DNA from: a virus
DNA: 64,000 bases
Reading direction: 5' to 3' (one strand)
Virus record (IMG/VR): IMGVR_UViG_3300027763_000043
Span: 28,974 to 92,973 of that record
Part shown: positions 26,381 through 35,672 of the stretch, one piece after another
How the letters are laid out: each line of letters begins with the position of its first letter
Numbering within the stretch: position 1 is the stretch's first letter
Position numbers and translations under genes: made by a program
The notes under the pieces: model-generated
Told to the model about the DNA's origin: nothing
The model's database searches: none
What the model saw: only the letters and a program-made list of their open reading frames with translations

Positions 26381-28243
26381 TTATTGAATATAAGTTACAA
26401 CAACAGAACCTCCTCCAGTATTCGTAGTAATAGTGTTTTGACCATTGCTAGAGAATGATCCGCCGCCACCGCCGCCACCGCCGCCTGGGAAACCGCCGCC
26501 GCCACCACCAGAAAATCCCCCTCCTCCACCACCATAACCATTACCTGTTGCACCTCCTCCTCCACCACCAAATCCACCTGAACCAACTGTATTTTCATTA
26601 TCTCCACCTATTGCAGGACCACTCAAAGATTTTGCATTAAAGTCACTAATTCTACCGCATCCTGAATTACCCAGCACCCCATCTTCATTCCATCCAGCAG
26701 CAGAGAAACCACAAACGCTGGGCCCGCCTTGACCCCCAGCACTTCCGCCAGATCCTCCATTTCCAATAACAGATCCAGGACCTAATAGACCAGAAGCACC
26801 AGAAGTAGAACTTGGTGCAGGTACTCCTCCATTATTTAATCCGGCGCCGCCACCACCACCAGCAATTGCAATTAAAGAACTAGTAGTTTCATTGTATACT
26901 ACACTTCCACCACCACCACCTGCTCCTACCGAATCAATTGTAGTCTGCCCAACTTGTCCAGCAACGATACGAATAATATGTGTTCTAGTTAATAAAATTG
27001 GATTGGTTGTAAATTTACGTCCAGTTCCACCAAGACTACCAGTGTTTCCTCCAGAAGCTCCGGCAACAGTAAATGTATAATACCCATCAATTGGAACAGT
27101 CCAAAGTTGAAGACCTTGTGTTACCACATTAAATTTATTAGTATTCAATAACCAAGGATATAATGTAGTATTATATGAAGATAGTAAGTTTGCCAATGTT
27201 GGTCCAGCAAATCCAGCAAGACCAGCATTCGTAAAAGTAAACGAATCAAATTTTTCACTAATAGTAATAGTAGGACTATAAGCAAGAATAGATCCACCAG
27301 CACTTGTCTTAACGCCCAACCGGAATGTTTCCTCAGGATTTTCCACAGCATCAATACTTGCAGTAAGTGTCGTACTAGCAACACCAGCAGAAACTGTATA
27401 TGTACCACTCAATGAATTACTTGTAAAATCAGCAGCAGTAATTCCTGCAGAACCAATAATATCATAATAAAGTGTAGTACCGTTAGCAAATCCTTGCGCC
27501 TGTGTTGTAAAGGTAACTGACTGACCTTCTTGAAATATAGTTTGAGATGCTGTAGTAACAAGAGTTCTATCAACAATACTAACTACAGGACTTGTACTCA
27601 AAATAGTACCACTAGGACTATCAGATCTTATACTTACAGTAAATGTTTCTGATCCATCAATTAATTGATCATGTGCTATAGGAACACTGAATGTTCCAGC
27701 ATCATTATTGACTACAAAAGAACCAGAAATGGCATCAAAGTCAACATTTACAGTACCTATATGATTAATAGTCCAGAATAATGTAGTTCCGTTTGGTATT
27801 TTATCAGTAGTAACGTTAAATGTACCAGAAGCACCTTCATTGATACTAGATGGTACTGAACTGAATATAGTTTTTCCAAAACTACCAATACCAACATCTC
27901 CAGAAAATGCAGTAACAGTTCCTGTAGGAAGATTTATAACACTATCAGTTCCAAGATTGCCATTAATTCCACCAGCACCAACATTCATTGTATAAGCAAC
28001 ACCAGCACTTACCCTAACTACTTTCGTATATAAAACAGAACCTCCTCCTCCACCACCGCTACCACCAGTTTGAGCAGAACCAGCAGCACCACCACCAACT
28101 ACAAGAACTTCAATAAGTCCATTTGTAGTTGGTGTAAATGTATTAAGTCCTACAGTATCAAAAGTATGAACTTTATATCCTCCAATAGTACTAATCGTTC
28201 CACCAGTTGCATTTTCCAATTTTCCGCCAGAAATAAATGCCAT
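26381..28243 (-). CDS. Paralog of 23828-26299 with fewer stalk repeats and a divergent Gly-rich tip
   Basis: Near-identical first ~160 aa; tip has QGLQLWTVP.DG.Y.F.VAGA. Confidence 0.8.
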   Translation of the reverse strand: MAFISGGKLENATGGTISTIGGYKVHTFDTVGLNTFTPTTNGLIEVLVVGGGAAGSAQTGGSGGGGGGSVLYTKVVRVSAGVAYTMNVGAGGINGNLGTDSVINLPTGTVTAFSGDVGIGSFGKTIFSSVPSSINEGASGTFNVTTDKIPNGTTLFWTINHIGTVNVDFDAISGSFVVNNDAGTFSVPIAHDQLIDGSETFTVSIRSDSPSGTILSTSPVVSIVDRTLVTTASQTIFQEGQSVTFTTQAQGFANGTTLYYDIIGSAGITAADFTSNSLSGTYTVSAGVASTTLTASIDAVENPEETFRLGVKTSAGGSILAYSPTITISEKFDSFTFTNAGLAGFAGPTLANLLSSYNTTLYPWLLNTNKFNVVTQGLQLWTVPIDGYYTFTVAGASGGNTGSLGGTGRKFTTNPILLTRTHIIRIVAGQVGQTTIDSVGAGGGGGSVVYNETTSSLIAIAGGGGGAGLNNGGVPAPSSTSGASGLLGPGSVIGNGGSGGSAGGQGGPSVCGFSAAGWNEDGVLGNSGCGRISDFNAKSLSGPAIGGDNENTVGSGGFGGGGGGATGNGYGGGGGGFSGGGGGGFPGGGGGGGGGSFSSNGQNTITTNTGGGSVVVTYIQ

Positions 28244-28258
28244 GACTTACTAATACCT

Positions 28259-28621
28259 CTATAATGATTCTAACCAAGAATGAAAATTATCATCGCTCAT
28301 CTCTTCGCCCAATCCAGAATAAAGTGCTTGTATGATTTCTTCGTATTTTGAATTTACCCAGTCTACGTTAGAATATTTCCATTTACTAATTGGACAAGAT
28401 TTTAAACTAGATCTTGTCATAGAATCTAAATGGCAATTATATTGATTATAATTACACGTAACTTGAGATTCATTATAAAATTCACAAGATTTGCAAATAT
28501 TAAGACGTTGTTGTTGAATTTCTGGAGATACAAATAATGAATCACCATCAAGTGCTGCTTTAACGACTTGATATGCAGCATATTTAAATTTTCTCAATTC
28601 TTCTAATGGATCAACATTCAT
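28259..28621 (-). CDS. Cys-rich small protein (DUF6171-like)
   Basis: R..ICKSC...C...C...SCP..KW. Confidence 0.6.
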   Translation of the reverse strand: MNVDPLEELRKFKYAAYQVVKAALDGDSLFVSPEIQQQRLNICKSCEFYNESQVTCNYNQYNCHLDSMTRSSLKSCPISKWKYSNVDWVNSKYEEIIQALYSGLGEEMSDDNFHSWLESL

Positions 28622-28652
28622 AATTATCTATTTTTTAAATATTTAGTACAGT

Positions 28653-31600
28653 TTAACTTAGATAGAAAGTTCCAGCTGCTCCGACTAATCCATTACCACC
28701 ATTAACACTACCATCAGTACTAAAAGTAACGTTTCCAGAATTTGAAGTAAATGATCCACTAAATCCAGTTATTTTTTGATATGTATTTGATCTGCTGCCA
28801 GAAGCACTGAATATAGTTATTCCACCAAAATTCATACCATAAGAATCACAACATGATTCGGATGCTCCACTAATTGGCGATACACCAAAACTTCCGGTTC
28901 CAAATATATAACTAACATCACTCATAATACTATAATCTGATGCTCCCATCGTAAATGGTGTGATTTGATTTTGACCATTTGACACGAAGGAACTACTTGG
29001 CCAAGTTACTGGGAATTTGATTGATTTTACTGTGGATGGATCAGCAATTACTGCTAATGAGTATAATGTATTTGAAGTTCCTCTAAGAATTGCATTTTGA
29101 CCAATCGTGGCATTTGTTGTCCATAAAGCACGACTATTGATAATAGGAGTATCACTGATTGTAACTGTAGGACTTGTAGAAATATAAGGCCCTGTTGGAC
29201 CTGTTCGTATATTTAATTGGAATGTTTCTAAACCTTCACTAGATCCATCGGAAGTTGCAGTAATTGTCGTACTTGCAAATCCAGAAAGAACGTTATATGT
29301 ACCAGTTAATGAATTTCTAGTAAAATCTGCAGCAGTAATTCCTGCTGAACCAGTAATATCATAATAAAGTATAGTACCATCTGCATATGCCGCATTTGTG
29401 GTAAATATGACTGATGTACCTTCCTGAATTGCAGTTGTGGATGCCGTAGTTAAAAATGTCCGATCATTAATTGTAACAGAAGCACTGGTAGCATAAACAG
29501 CACCAGAAGTACTACCATCTCTCACACTTACAGTGAATGTTTCTGCACTGTCATTTAATAAATCATTTGCTACAGGAACATTAAAAGATCCAGCATTACC
29601 CGTAATCGTAAAGGAACCAGAATTAGATGTAAAGTCTGAAGAGTCGGTGGTTATGTGATTTATAGTCCAGAATAATGTATAACCATTACTTATACTATTG
29701 GTAGTAACGTTAAATGTACCAGAAGCACCTTCATTAATATTAGATGGAATGGAACCAAAAGTAACCGTGGCGGCAGATATGGTAACCGAAGAACTAGTAG
29801 CAACTACTTCTCCAGTAATGCTTTGATACCTCGCCTGAACACTAAATGTTTCCGCACCTTCAAGTGTTGCATCGGTTGCTATGGGAACACTAAATGTGCC
29901 AGAATTACTTGTAATTGTAAAGGATCCTGAAGTGGATGCAAAGTCAGCATCTACTGTAGTTCCATTTAATACTGTCCAGAACAATGTAGTTCCATTTGCC
30001 ACATTGAATGTTGTAAGTACAAAGTTTCCTGATGTACCGGTGGATTCATTTATAGCGGTTGGTGTAGTTGTGAATGCATAAGTCTTAGCAGGTAATGTAA
30101 CAGAGGCACTGCTAGCGACTATTTCTCCAGTAATACTTTGATATCTAATCTGAACTCTAAATGTTTCCGCACCTTCTGTAGTTAAATTAGTCGCTACAGG
30201 GACACTAAATGATCCAGCGTTACTTGTAATCGTAAAGGATCCTGAAGTGGATGCAAAGTCGGCATCTACAGTACTTATATTATCAATAGTCCAGAATAAT
30301 GTGGTTCCATTCGTTACATTCGTAGTTGTAACATTAAATGTACCAGAAGCACCTTCAAGTATTGTAGATGGAATAGAACTGAATATATAAGTCTTGGCGG
30401 GTATTGTAACTGTACCACTGGTAGCAACTAGTTCTCCACTAATACTTTGGTATCTAACCTGCACAGTAAATGTTTCTGCACCTTCTACAAACAAATTAGT
30501 TGCTATAGGAACACTAAATGTTCCAGCGTTATTTGTAATCGTAAAGGATCCTGAAGTGGATGCAAAGTCAGCATTTACTGTAGTTCCATTTACAATATTC
30601 CAGAATAGTGTGGTTCCATTAGTTACATTAGTGGTTGTAAAATTAAATGTACCAGAAGCACCTTCGTTAATAGTAGATGGAATAGAACTGAATATATAAG
30701 TCTTAGCAGGTATTGTGACCGTAGAACTTGTTGCATAAACAGCACCAGAAGTACTACCATCCCTTACACTTACTGTAAACGTTTCTGCACCTTCTATAAA
30801 CAAATTAGTTGCTATAGGAACACTAAATGATCCAGCATTATTTGTAATCGTAAAGGAACCCGAAGTGGCACCAAAGTCTGTAGAGTCGGTAGTTCCATTG
30901 TTTATAGTCCAGAATAATATATGCCCATTACTTATACTATTAGTAGTAACGTTAAATGTACCAGAAGCACCTTCATTGATAGTAGATGGTACTGAGCTAA
31001 ATGTAACTGTTGCGGCAGATACTGTAACTGAAGTACTAGTAGCAACTATTTCCCCAGTAATACTCTGATATCTAACCTGCACTCTAAATGTTTCCGCACC
31101 TTCAAGTGTTGCATCGGTCGATATAGGAACACTGAATGTACCAGAATTACTTGTAATCGTAAAGGATCCTGAAGTGGATGCAAAGTCAGCATCTACTGTA
31201 GTTTCATTCAATACTGTCCAGAATAATGTTGTCCCATTTGTTACATTGAATGTTGTAAGTACAAAGTTTCCTGATGTACCGGTGGATTCATTTATAGCTG
31301 TTGGTGCAGTTGTGAATGTATAAGTCTTGGCAGGTAGTGTAACTGCACCGCTGGTAGCAACTACTTCTCCTGTAATACTTAGATACCTGATTTTTACAGT
31401 GAATGTTTCTGCGCCTTCTATAAACAAATTAGTTGCTACCGGGACGCTAAATGATCCAGCATTACTGGTAATCGTAAAGGAACCAGAAGTGGCACCAAAG
31501 TCTGCAGAATTAGTGGTTCCATGTTCTACAGTCCAGAATAATGTGGTTCCATTCGTTACGTTAGTGGTTGTAACGTTAAATGTGCCAGAAGCACCTTCAA

Positions 31601-32615
31601 GTATTGTGGATGGTACTGAACTAAACGCATAAGTCTTAGCAGGTATTGTGACCGAATTACTAGTGGCAACTGCCGTACCAGAAGTACCATCAATTCTTAG
31701 ACTTACAGTAAACGTTTCTGCACCTTCTGCAGTTAAATTAGTTGCTATAGGAACACTAAATGATCCGGCATTATTTGTAATCGTAAAGGAACCCGAAGTG
31801 GCGCCAAAGTCTGTAGAGTCGGTAGTTCCATTGTTTATAGTCCAATATAAAGTAGTTCCATTCTCAACATTTGCAGTAGTAACATTAAATGTACCAGAAG
31901 CACCTTCATTGATAGTAGATGGTACTGAACTGAACACAAATGTTGCTTGTGGTATAACAACAGGAATAGGTAAAGTGGATACAATTTGCCCACTATTACT
32001 ATCTACTCTCAAATTCAACTTAAAGGATGTATTTCCCGTTCCAGTTATTGTTTTACTGATTGGAACAATTGCACTATTAGAAACAGTTGTTGCTCCAGTT
32101 AAAATCCCATCAGTAAAAGATGATGTAGACACACCAACAATATCATAGTATAATGTAGTCCCATTTGCCAACATTGAAGTGGAATTAAATATAACCGTTT
32201 GTCCAACTGTTCTTGTATATGAATTTGGAGTTATTGGTAAAAGACCATAACTACCAATACCAACATCTCCACCATAAGCAGTAATAATTCCTTCAGCATG
32301 ATTAAATACACTATCAAATCCAAGACCAGAATTACTATTAGTTCCACCAGCACCAACAATTACTGGATAAGAAACACCGGCAGTTACTGGAATGAATCTT
32401 TGATATAAAACAGAACCTCCTCCGCCTCCACCACTTACACCAGACTGAATGGAACCGCCAGCACCACCACCAACTACAAGAACTTCAACATAACCACTTC
32501 CTCTTGCTACAAAGGTATTCAGTCCTACAGTATCGAAAGTATGAACATTATAACCTTCAATTTGGGAAACATTTCCACCAATCGCCGTCACCCTTGATCC
32601 AGAAATAAATGCCAT
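28653..32615 (-). CDS. Long structural protein: Gly-rich N-half, about nine Calx-beta/Ig-like repeats, unrelated tip domain
   Basis: Repeats of about 102-105 aa; C-terminal SESCCDSYG-containing domain. Confidence 0.8.
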   Translation of the reverse strand: MAFISGSRVTAIGGNVSQIEGYNVHTFDTVGLNTFVARGSGYVEVLVVGGGAGGSIQSGVSGGGGGGSVLYQRFIPVTAGVSYPVIVGAGGTNSNSGLGFDSVFNHAEGIITAYGGDVGIGSYGLLPITPNSYTRTVGQTVIFNSTSMLANGTTLYYDIVGVSTSSFTDGILTGATTVSNSAIVPISKTITGTGNTSFKLNLRVDSNSGQIVSTLPIPVVIPQATFVFSSVPSTINEGASGTFNVTTANVENGTTLYWTINNGTTDSTDFGATSGSFTITNNAGSFSVPIATNLTAEGAETFTVSLRIDGTSGTAVATSNSVTIPAKTYAFSSVPSTILEGASGTFNVTTTNVTNGTTLFWTVEHGTTNSADFGATSGSFTITSNAGSFSVPVATNLFIEGAETFTVKIRYLSITGEVVATSGAVTLPAKTYTFTTAPTAINESTGTSGNFVLTTFNVTNGTTLFWTVLNETTVDADFASTSGSFTITSNSGTFSVPISTDATLEGAETFRVQVRYQSITGEIVATSTSVTVSAATVTFSSVPSTINEGASGTFNVTTNSISNGHILFWTINNGTTDSTDFGATSGSFTITNNAGSFSVPIATNLFIEGAETFTVSVRDGSTSGAVYATSSTVTIPAKTYIFSSIPSTINEGASGTFNFTTTNVTNGTTLFWNIVNGTTVNADFASTSGSFTITNNAGTFSVPIATNLFVEGAETFTVQVRYQSISGELVATSGTVTIPAKTYIFSSIPSTILEGASGTFNVTTTNVTNGTTLFWTIDNISTVDADFASTSGSFTITSNAGSFSVPVATNLTTEGAETFRVQIRYQSITGEIVASSASVTLPAKTYAFTTTPTAINESTGTSGNFVLTTFNVANGTTLFWTVLNGTTVDADFASTSGSFTITSNSGTFSVPIATDATLEGAETFSVQARYQSITGEVVATSSSVTISAATVTFGSIPSNINEGASGTFNVTTNSISNGYTLFWTINHITTDSSDFTSNSGSFTITGNAGSFNVPVANDLLNDSAETFTVSVRDGSTSGAVYATSASVTINDRTFLTTASTTAIQEGTSVIFTTNAAYADGTILYYDITGSAGITAADFTRNSLTGTYNVLSGFASTTITATSDGSSEGLETFQLNIRTGPTGPYISTSPTVTISDTPIINSRALWTTNATIGQNAILRGTSNTLYSLAVIADPSTVKSIKFPVTWPSSSFVSNGQNQITPFTMGASDYSIMSDVSYIFGTGSFGVSPISGASESCCDSYGMNFGGITIFSASGSRSNTYQKITGFSGSFTSNSGNVTFSTDGSVNGGNGLVGAAGTFYLS
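31486..31649. repeat. 164-bp identical segment shared with 25473-25636
   Basis: Base-by-base comparison of the two intervals. Confidence 0.85.
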
Positions 32616-32624
32616 TTTATCTGC

Positions 32625-33377
32625 TCAATTTAAATATCTGATGAATATACATCCAGGTGTTGCATCCGGAAAAAATGCTCCAGATCCTCCACTACCGCCC
32701 AATCCAAAGTTTGAAGGACTGGACGTTGGATGCAATGATCCACCACCTCCAAATCCTCCTCCGCCGCCGCCATAAAAAGTAGAAACTCCAGTAATACTAT
32801 ATGCCAATCCTTGACCCCCAATATTGTCAATAGCTGCTCCACCGGCACCTCCACCAGCACCAGTAAAAGTATCACTACCATTTCCACCAGGAAATCCAAA
32901 TCCGGGATTACCATTTCCAATTCCCCCAGCACCACCTCTTCCAGGAAAAGCCCCACTACCGCCGCTAGCAGAACCAACAGGATTTGGATTTCCAGGAAAA
33001 GATGCACTACTAGGAACACCACCGGAACCACCACCAGCAGTAATAGTTCCACCATTATATCTAAAAGTAGTTGCAGTACCAGCAACAGTTCCGGCACCTG
33101 TAAAACCTACATTTAGACTATATGAAACACCAGAAAGAACAGGAACAAATCTCTGATAAAAGACAGAACCTCCCCCACCACCACTAATTTCATTTGCACC
33201 AAGATTTTCACTTCCTCCTCCACCACCACCAACAACGAGAACATCAACAGTTCCATTCCCTCTGGGTGTAAAAGTAAAAGTTCCCGGAGTAGTAAAGGCG
33301 TGTACAACGGCACCAGGAATATTATTTATTATTCCACCAGTAGCAGTGGTAACACGAGGTCCTGCAATAAATCCCAT
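32625..33377 (-). CDS. Glycine-rich domain protein (intact paralog 4)
   Basis: Same scaffold including LHPTSSP.NFGLGG and IFIRY; CATAAATA at 33399-33406. Confidence 0.8.
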   Translation of the reverse strand: MGFIAGPRVTTATGGIINNIPGAVVHAFTTPGTFTFTPRGNGTVDVLVVGGGGGGSENLGANEISGGGGGSVFYQRFVPVLSGVSYSLNVGFTGAGTVAGTATTFRYNGGTITAGGGSGGVPSSASFPGNPNPVGSASGGSGAFPGRGGAGGIGNGNPGFGFPGGNGSDTFTGAGGGAGGAAIDNIGGQGLAYSITGVSTFYGGGGGGFGGGGSLHPTSSPSNFGLGGSGGSGAFFPDATPGCIFIRYLN

Positions 33378-33411
33378 ATTATTTTATTATCTTTCCAGTA
33401 TTTATGCTAAT

Positions 33412-34317
33412 TTATTGCGCTTCAATTGCCTCAAAGATTTTATCAATATCGAATAAATCTTCGTTCTCATTGAATGGATACTCATGTTCAGATCCATTAA
33501 AATCAAAATCAAACAAATAAGAACCAGGTAACTTAAAGTTATGAGGTTTTACTGTTTCAATATTCGTATGCATATCATATCCAAATACTTTAGGACTTGT
33601 ACCATTCCACAAAACAACAGAAGGAAGTTTGATTGCGGCGGCCGCATGTTGCAAACAACTATCAATCAATACTCTTTTATCACTATGAATAATTAAACTC
33701 AAAAATTCCAATGTAGAAAGTTGAGTTTCTTCATCAAACTGAATTGGAATTGTATTCATCAGTTTTGGTGAATTCATCTTAGTTGCCTGATAAATTGTAT
33801 ATTTTTTATGATACTTATCTACAATTTGTTGTGCAATATCAAAGGGCATATCTCTTGCCCACATATAAGGTTTTGCATCAGGAGTAATTAAACCACCATT
33901 GGTGTGAATAACCATTGTTGGTTTTTTATCCTTGAGCCAAACATCTTTTGAAATTTTCTTTTGTAATGGGTTAAAAATTAATTCTGGAGTTTCTCCCTTA
34001 TAATCCAATCCATACATCTTGCACCATGTTTGAATGAGTGGAAGTTTCTTATGAATATGATCTGTCGTAAAATAAGGTTCATTATGAAAAATCAATGAAT
34101 CTTGATTTTCAATATAATTTTGATAGAAATAATTGGTATTATTCAACTGATAGACTCTATCCACGAATGGTAGATTCATAAAAACATCAGTATAAACAGC
34201 AACTACAATGAGTTTTCTGCTTGGATGATTGTTTTTAATACACTTTGCTACTGCAGATGCTGCAATATGCTTTCCCAACCCACCTTGAACATGGAAAATA
34301 CTATACTTTTCTTTCAT
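33412..34317 (-). CDS. GT9-like (heptosyltransferase-fold) glycosyltransferase
   Basis: GGLGK, P.VD.V, IDS..QH.AAA..LPSVVLW. Confidence 0.75.
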   Translation of the reverse strand: MKEKYSIFHVQGGLGKHIAASAVAKCIKNNHPSRKLIVVAVYTDVFMNLPFVDRVYQLNNTNYFYQNYIENQDSLIFHNEPYFTTDHIHKKLPLIQTWCKMYGLDYKGETPELIFNPLQKKISKDVWLKDKKPTMVIHTNGGLITPDAKPYMWARDMPFDIAQQIVDKYHKKYTIYQATKMNSPKLMNTIPIQFDEETQLSTLEFLSLIIHSDKRVLIDSCLQHAAAAIKLPSVVLWNGTSPKVFGYDMHTNIETVKPHNFKLPGSYLFDFDFNGSEHEYPFNENEDLFDIDKIFEAIEAQ

Positions 34318-34333
34318 TATAAAGTCTCAGAGA

Positions 34334-34669
34334 TTACCAGGGAAGTTCTGTAGAAATAGTTGTAGGTGCTGGAGGATTTGCAACGGCATCAATCCAGGCG
34401 GCATTATTAACTTCATGACCACCAAGACTTTCTCCAAGTTTTTCTTTTACCCATCCAATAACAGTTTCCTCATTTAAAGATTCATAAGGAACAAAGTTTT
34501 CAATGTTTTCTGTTTCCAATTGAATAGAACCGTATGCATCACAGGAATTAGTTCCATCAGTACTTCTAACCTTATAGTCCAAAGAAGTAACTGCACCAGA
34601 CCCATCATTCAATTGAACGAGTCTTTCAACTGTCCAAGTATGTGTGATTGTATTCTTCTTAGTTGCCAT
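34334..34669 (-). CDS. Hypothetical tail-fibre-associated protein
   Basis: TW.V, FVPYE.L.EE.VIGWVK..LG, terminal LPW. Confidence 0.6.
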   Translation of the reverse strand: MATKKNTITHTWTVERLVQLNDGSGAVTSLDYKVRSTDGTNSCDAYGSIQLETENIENFVPYESLNEETVIGWVKEKLGESLGGHEVNNAAWIDAVANPPAPTTISTELPW

Positions 34670-34680
34670 TTTATTCTACC

Positions 34681-35622
34681 TTAAGTTACAATTTTAATTT
34701 GATTTGAATTTGTTGAAATATATTTTGGAATAGAAACATCGGTTTGTTTCTGCCTCCAAATATCCATCCCATTACATTTATTTAACACATAAGAAGAAAG
34801 AACTTCTGATGGATTCGGGGCAGTTGATTTGAGTTTTGAACGTACTTCGTGCATATCTGCAAGTCCATAAGTATTCATATCTTGCTCACGATTTTGATTC
34901 TGCAAGTTATCAAATTCATGTTCATAATATTCTTCACCAAGAAACTCATACAATTTCTTAAGTGTTTGCTTTGATTTTTTAACAAGATCCCGATATTCCA
35001 CAAAATGCATTCTATCACCAAATTCTTGATTAAATCCTTCCACAATTGCAGATAATGATTGCCCAAGAATACCATTTGGGCCGGCAATATATTCACAGCG
35101 ATTATCATCAGTCAAAGGAATATTCAATTTTACAAGTTGTTCGTCAATAAAATTGATTCTTGAATTGCCTTCTTTGTAAGGATTTCTGCGAATCATCATA
35201 ATCATTGATGTTAGAATCTCATCAATATCACGAACAGGACAAATGATTTTTGCCTGTTGCCCAATATATCCTTCAATATAAGGTACTCTTACAGACCAAG
35301 CACGATTCTTATCAATGATTACTTCCTGATCAACATCACTATAAAACTGACGAATGATATTTGAAATGATTAAAGATGCCTGTTCTGGTTTTGGATATCC
35401 GTGATAGAGTTCATCATTTGCTAAATGATTTTCTACGGCATACATTGTAGAAAGAACAGGACTTGATGGACCAGAATAAAATAATGGATTTTGGTTCAAA
35501 ATCGAAGATAGCAAAGTACTTCCAGATCTTGGAAGTCCTGCCATAAAATAAAATCTCTTACTTCTCAAATGATTTGGATTTGTTGAAGTATTTGTCTGTG
35601 AAAAAAATCCAGAACTTACCAT
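34681..35622 (-). CDS. PAPS-dependent sulfotransferase
   Basis: GLPRSGSTLL (5'-PSB loop), DK.R.W, VRD...ILTS, Y.DLV, YEFLG. Confidence 0.88.
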   Translation of the reverse strand: MVSSGFFSQTNTSTNPNHLRSKRFYFMAGLPRSGSTLLSSILNQNPLFYSGPSSPVLSTMYAVENHLANDELYHGYPKPEQASLIISNIIRQFYSDVDQEVIIDKNRAWSVRVPYIEGYIGQQAKIICPVRDIDEILTSMIMMIRRNPYKEGNSRINFIDEQLVKLNIPLTDDNRCEYIAGPNGILGQSLSAIVEGFNQEFGDRMHFVEYRDLVKKSKQTLKKLYEFLGEEYYEHEFDNLQNQNREQDMNTYGLADMHEVRSKLKSTAPNPSEVLSSYVLNKCNGMDIWRQKQTDVSIPKYISTNSNQIKIVT

Positions 35623-35643
35623 AATACTTTCACTAGTAAATTA

Positions 35644-35672
35644 ATTATACAACTATCTTATGTATATGTCAA
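35644..35672 (-). promoter_or_regulatory. Consensus sigma70 promoter upstream of the sulfotransferase
   Basis: TTGACA-17 bp-TATAAT. Confidence 0.82.

Noticed and set aside
23828-32615. Diversity-generating retroelement (template/variable repeat) behind the repeated segments
   Set aside because: No reverse transcriptase in the window, and differences are not adenine-specific.
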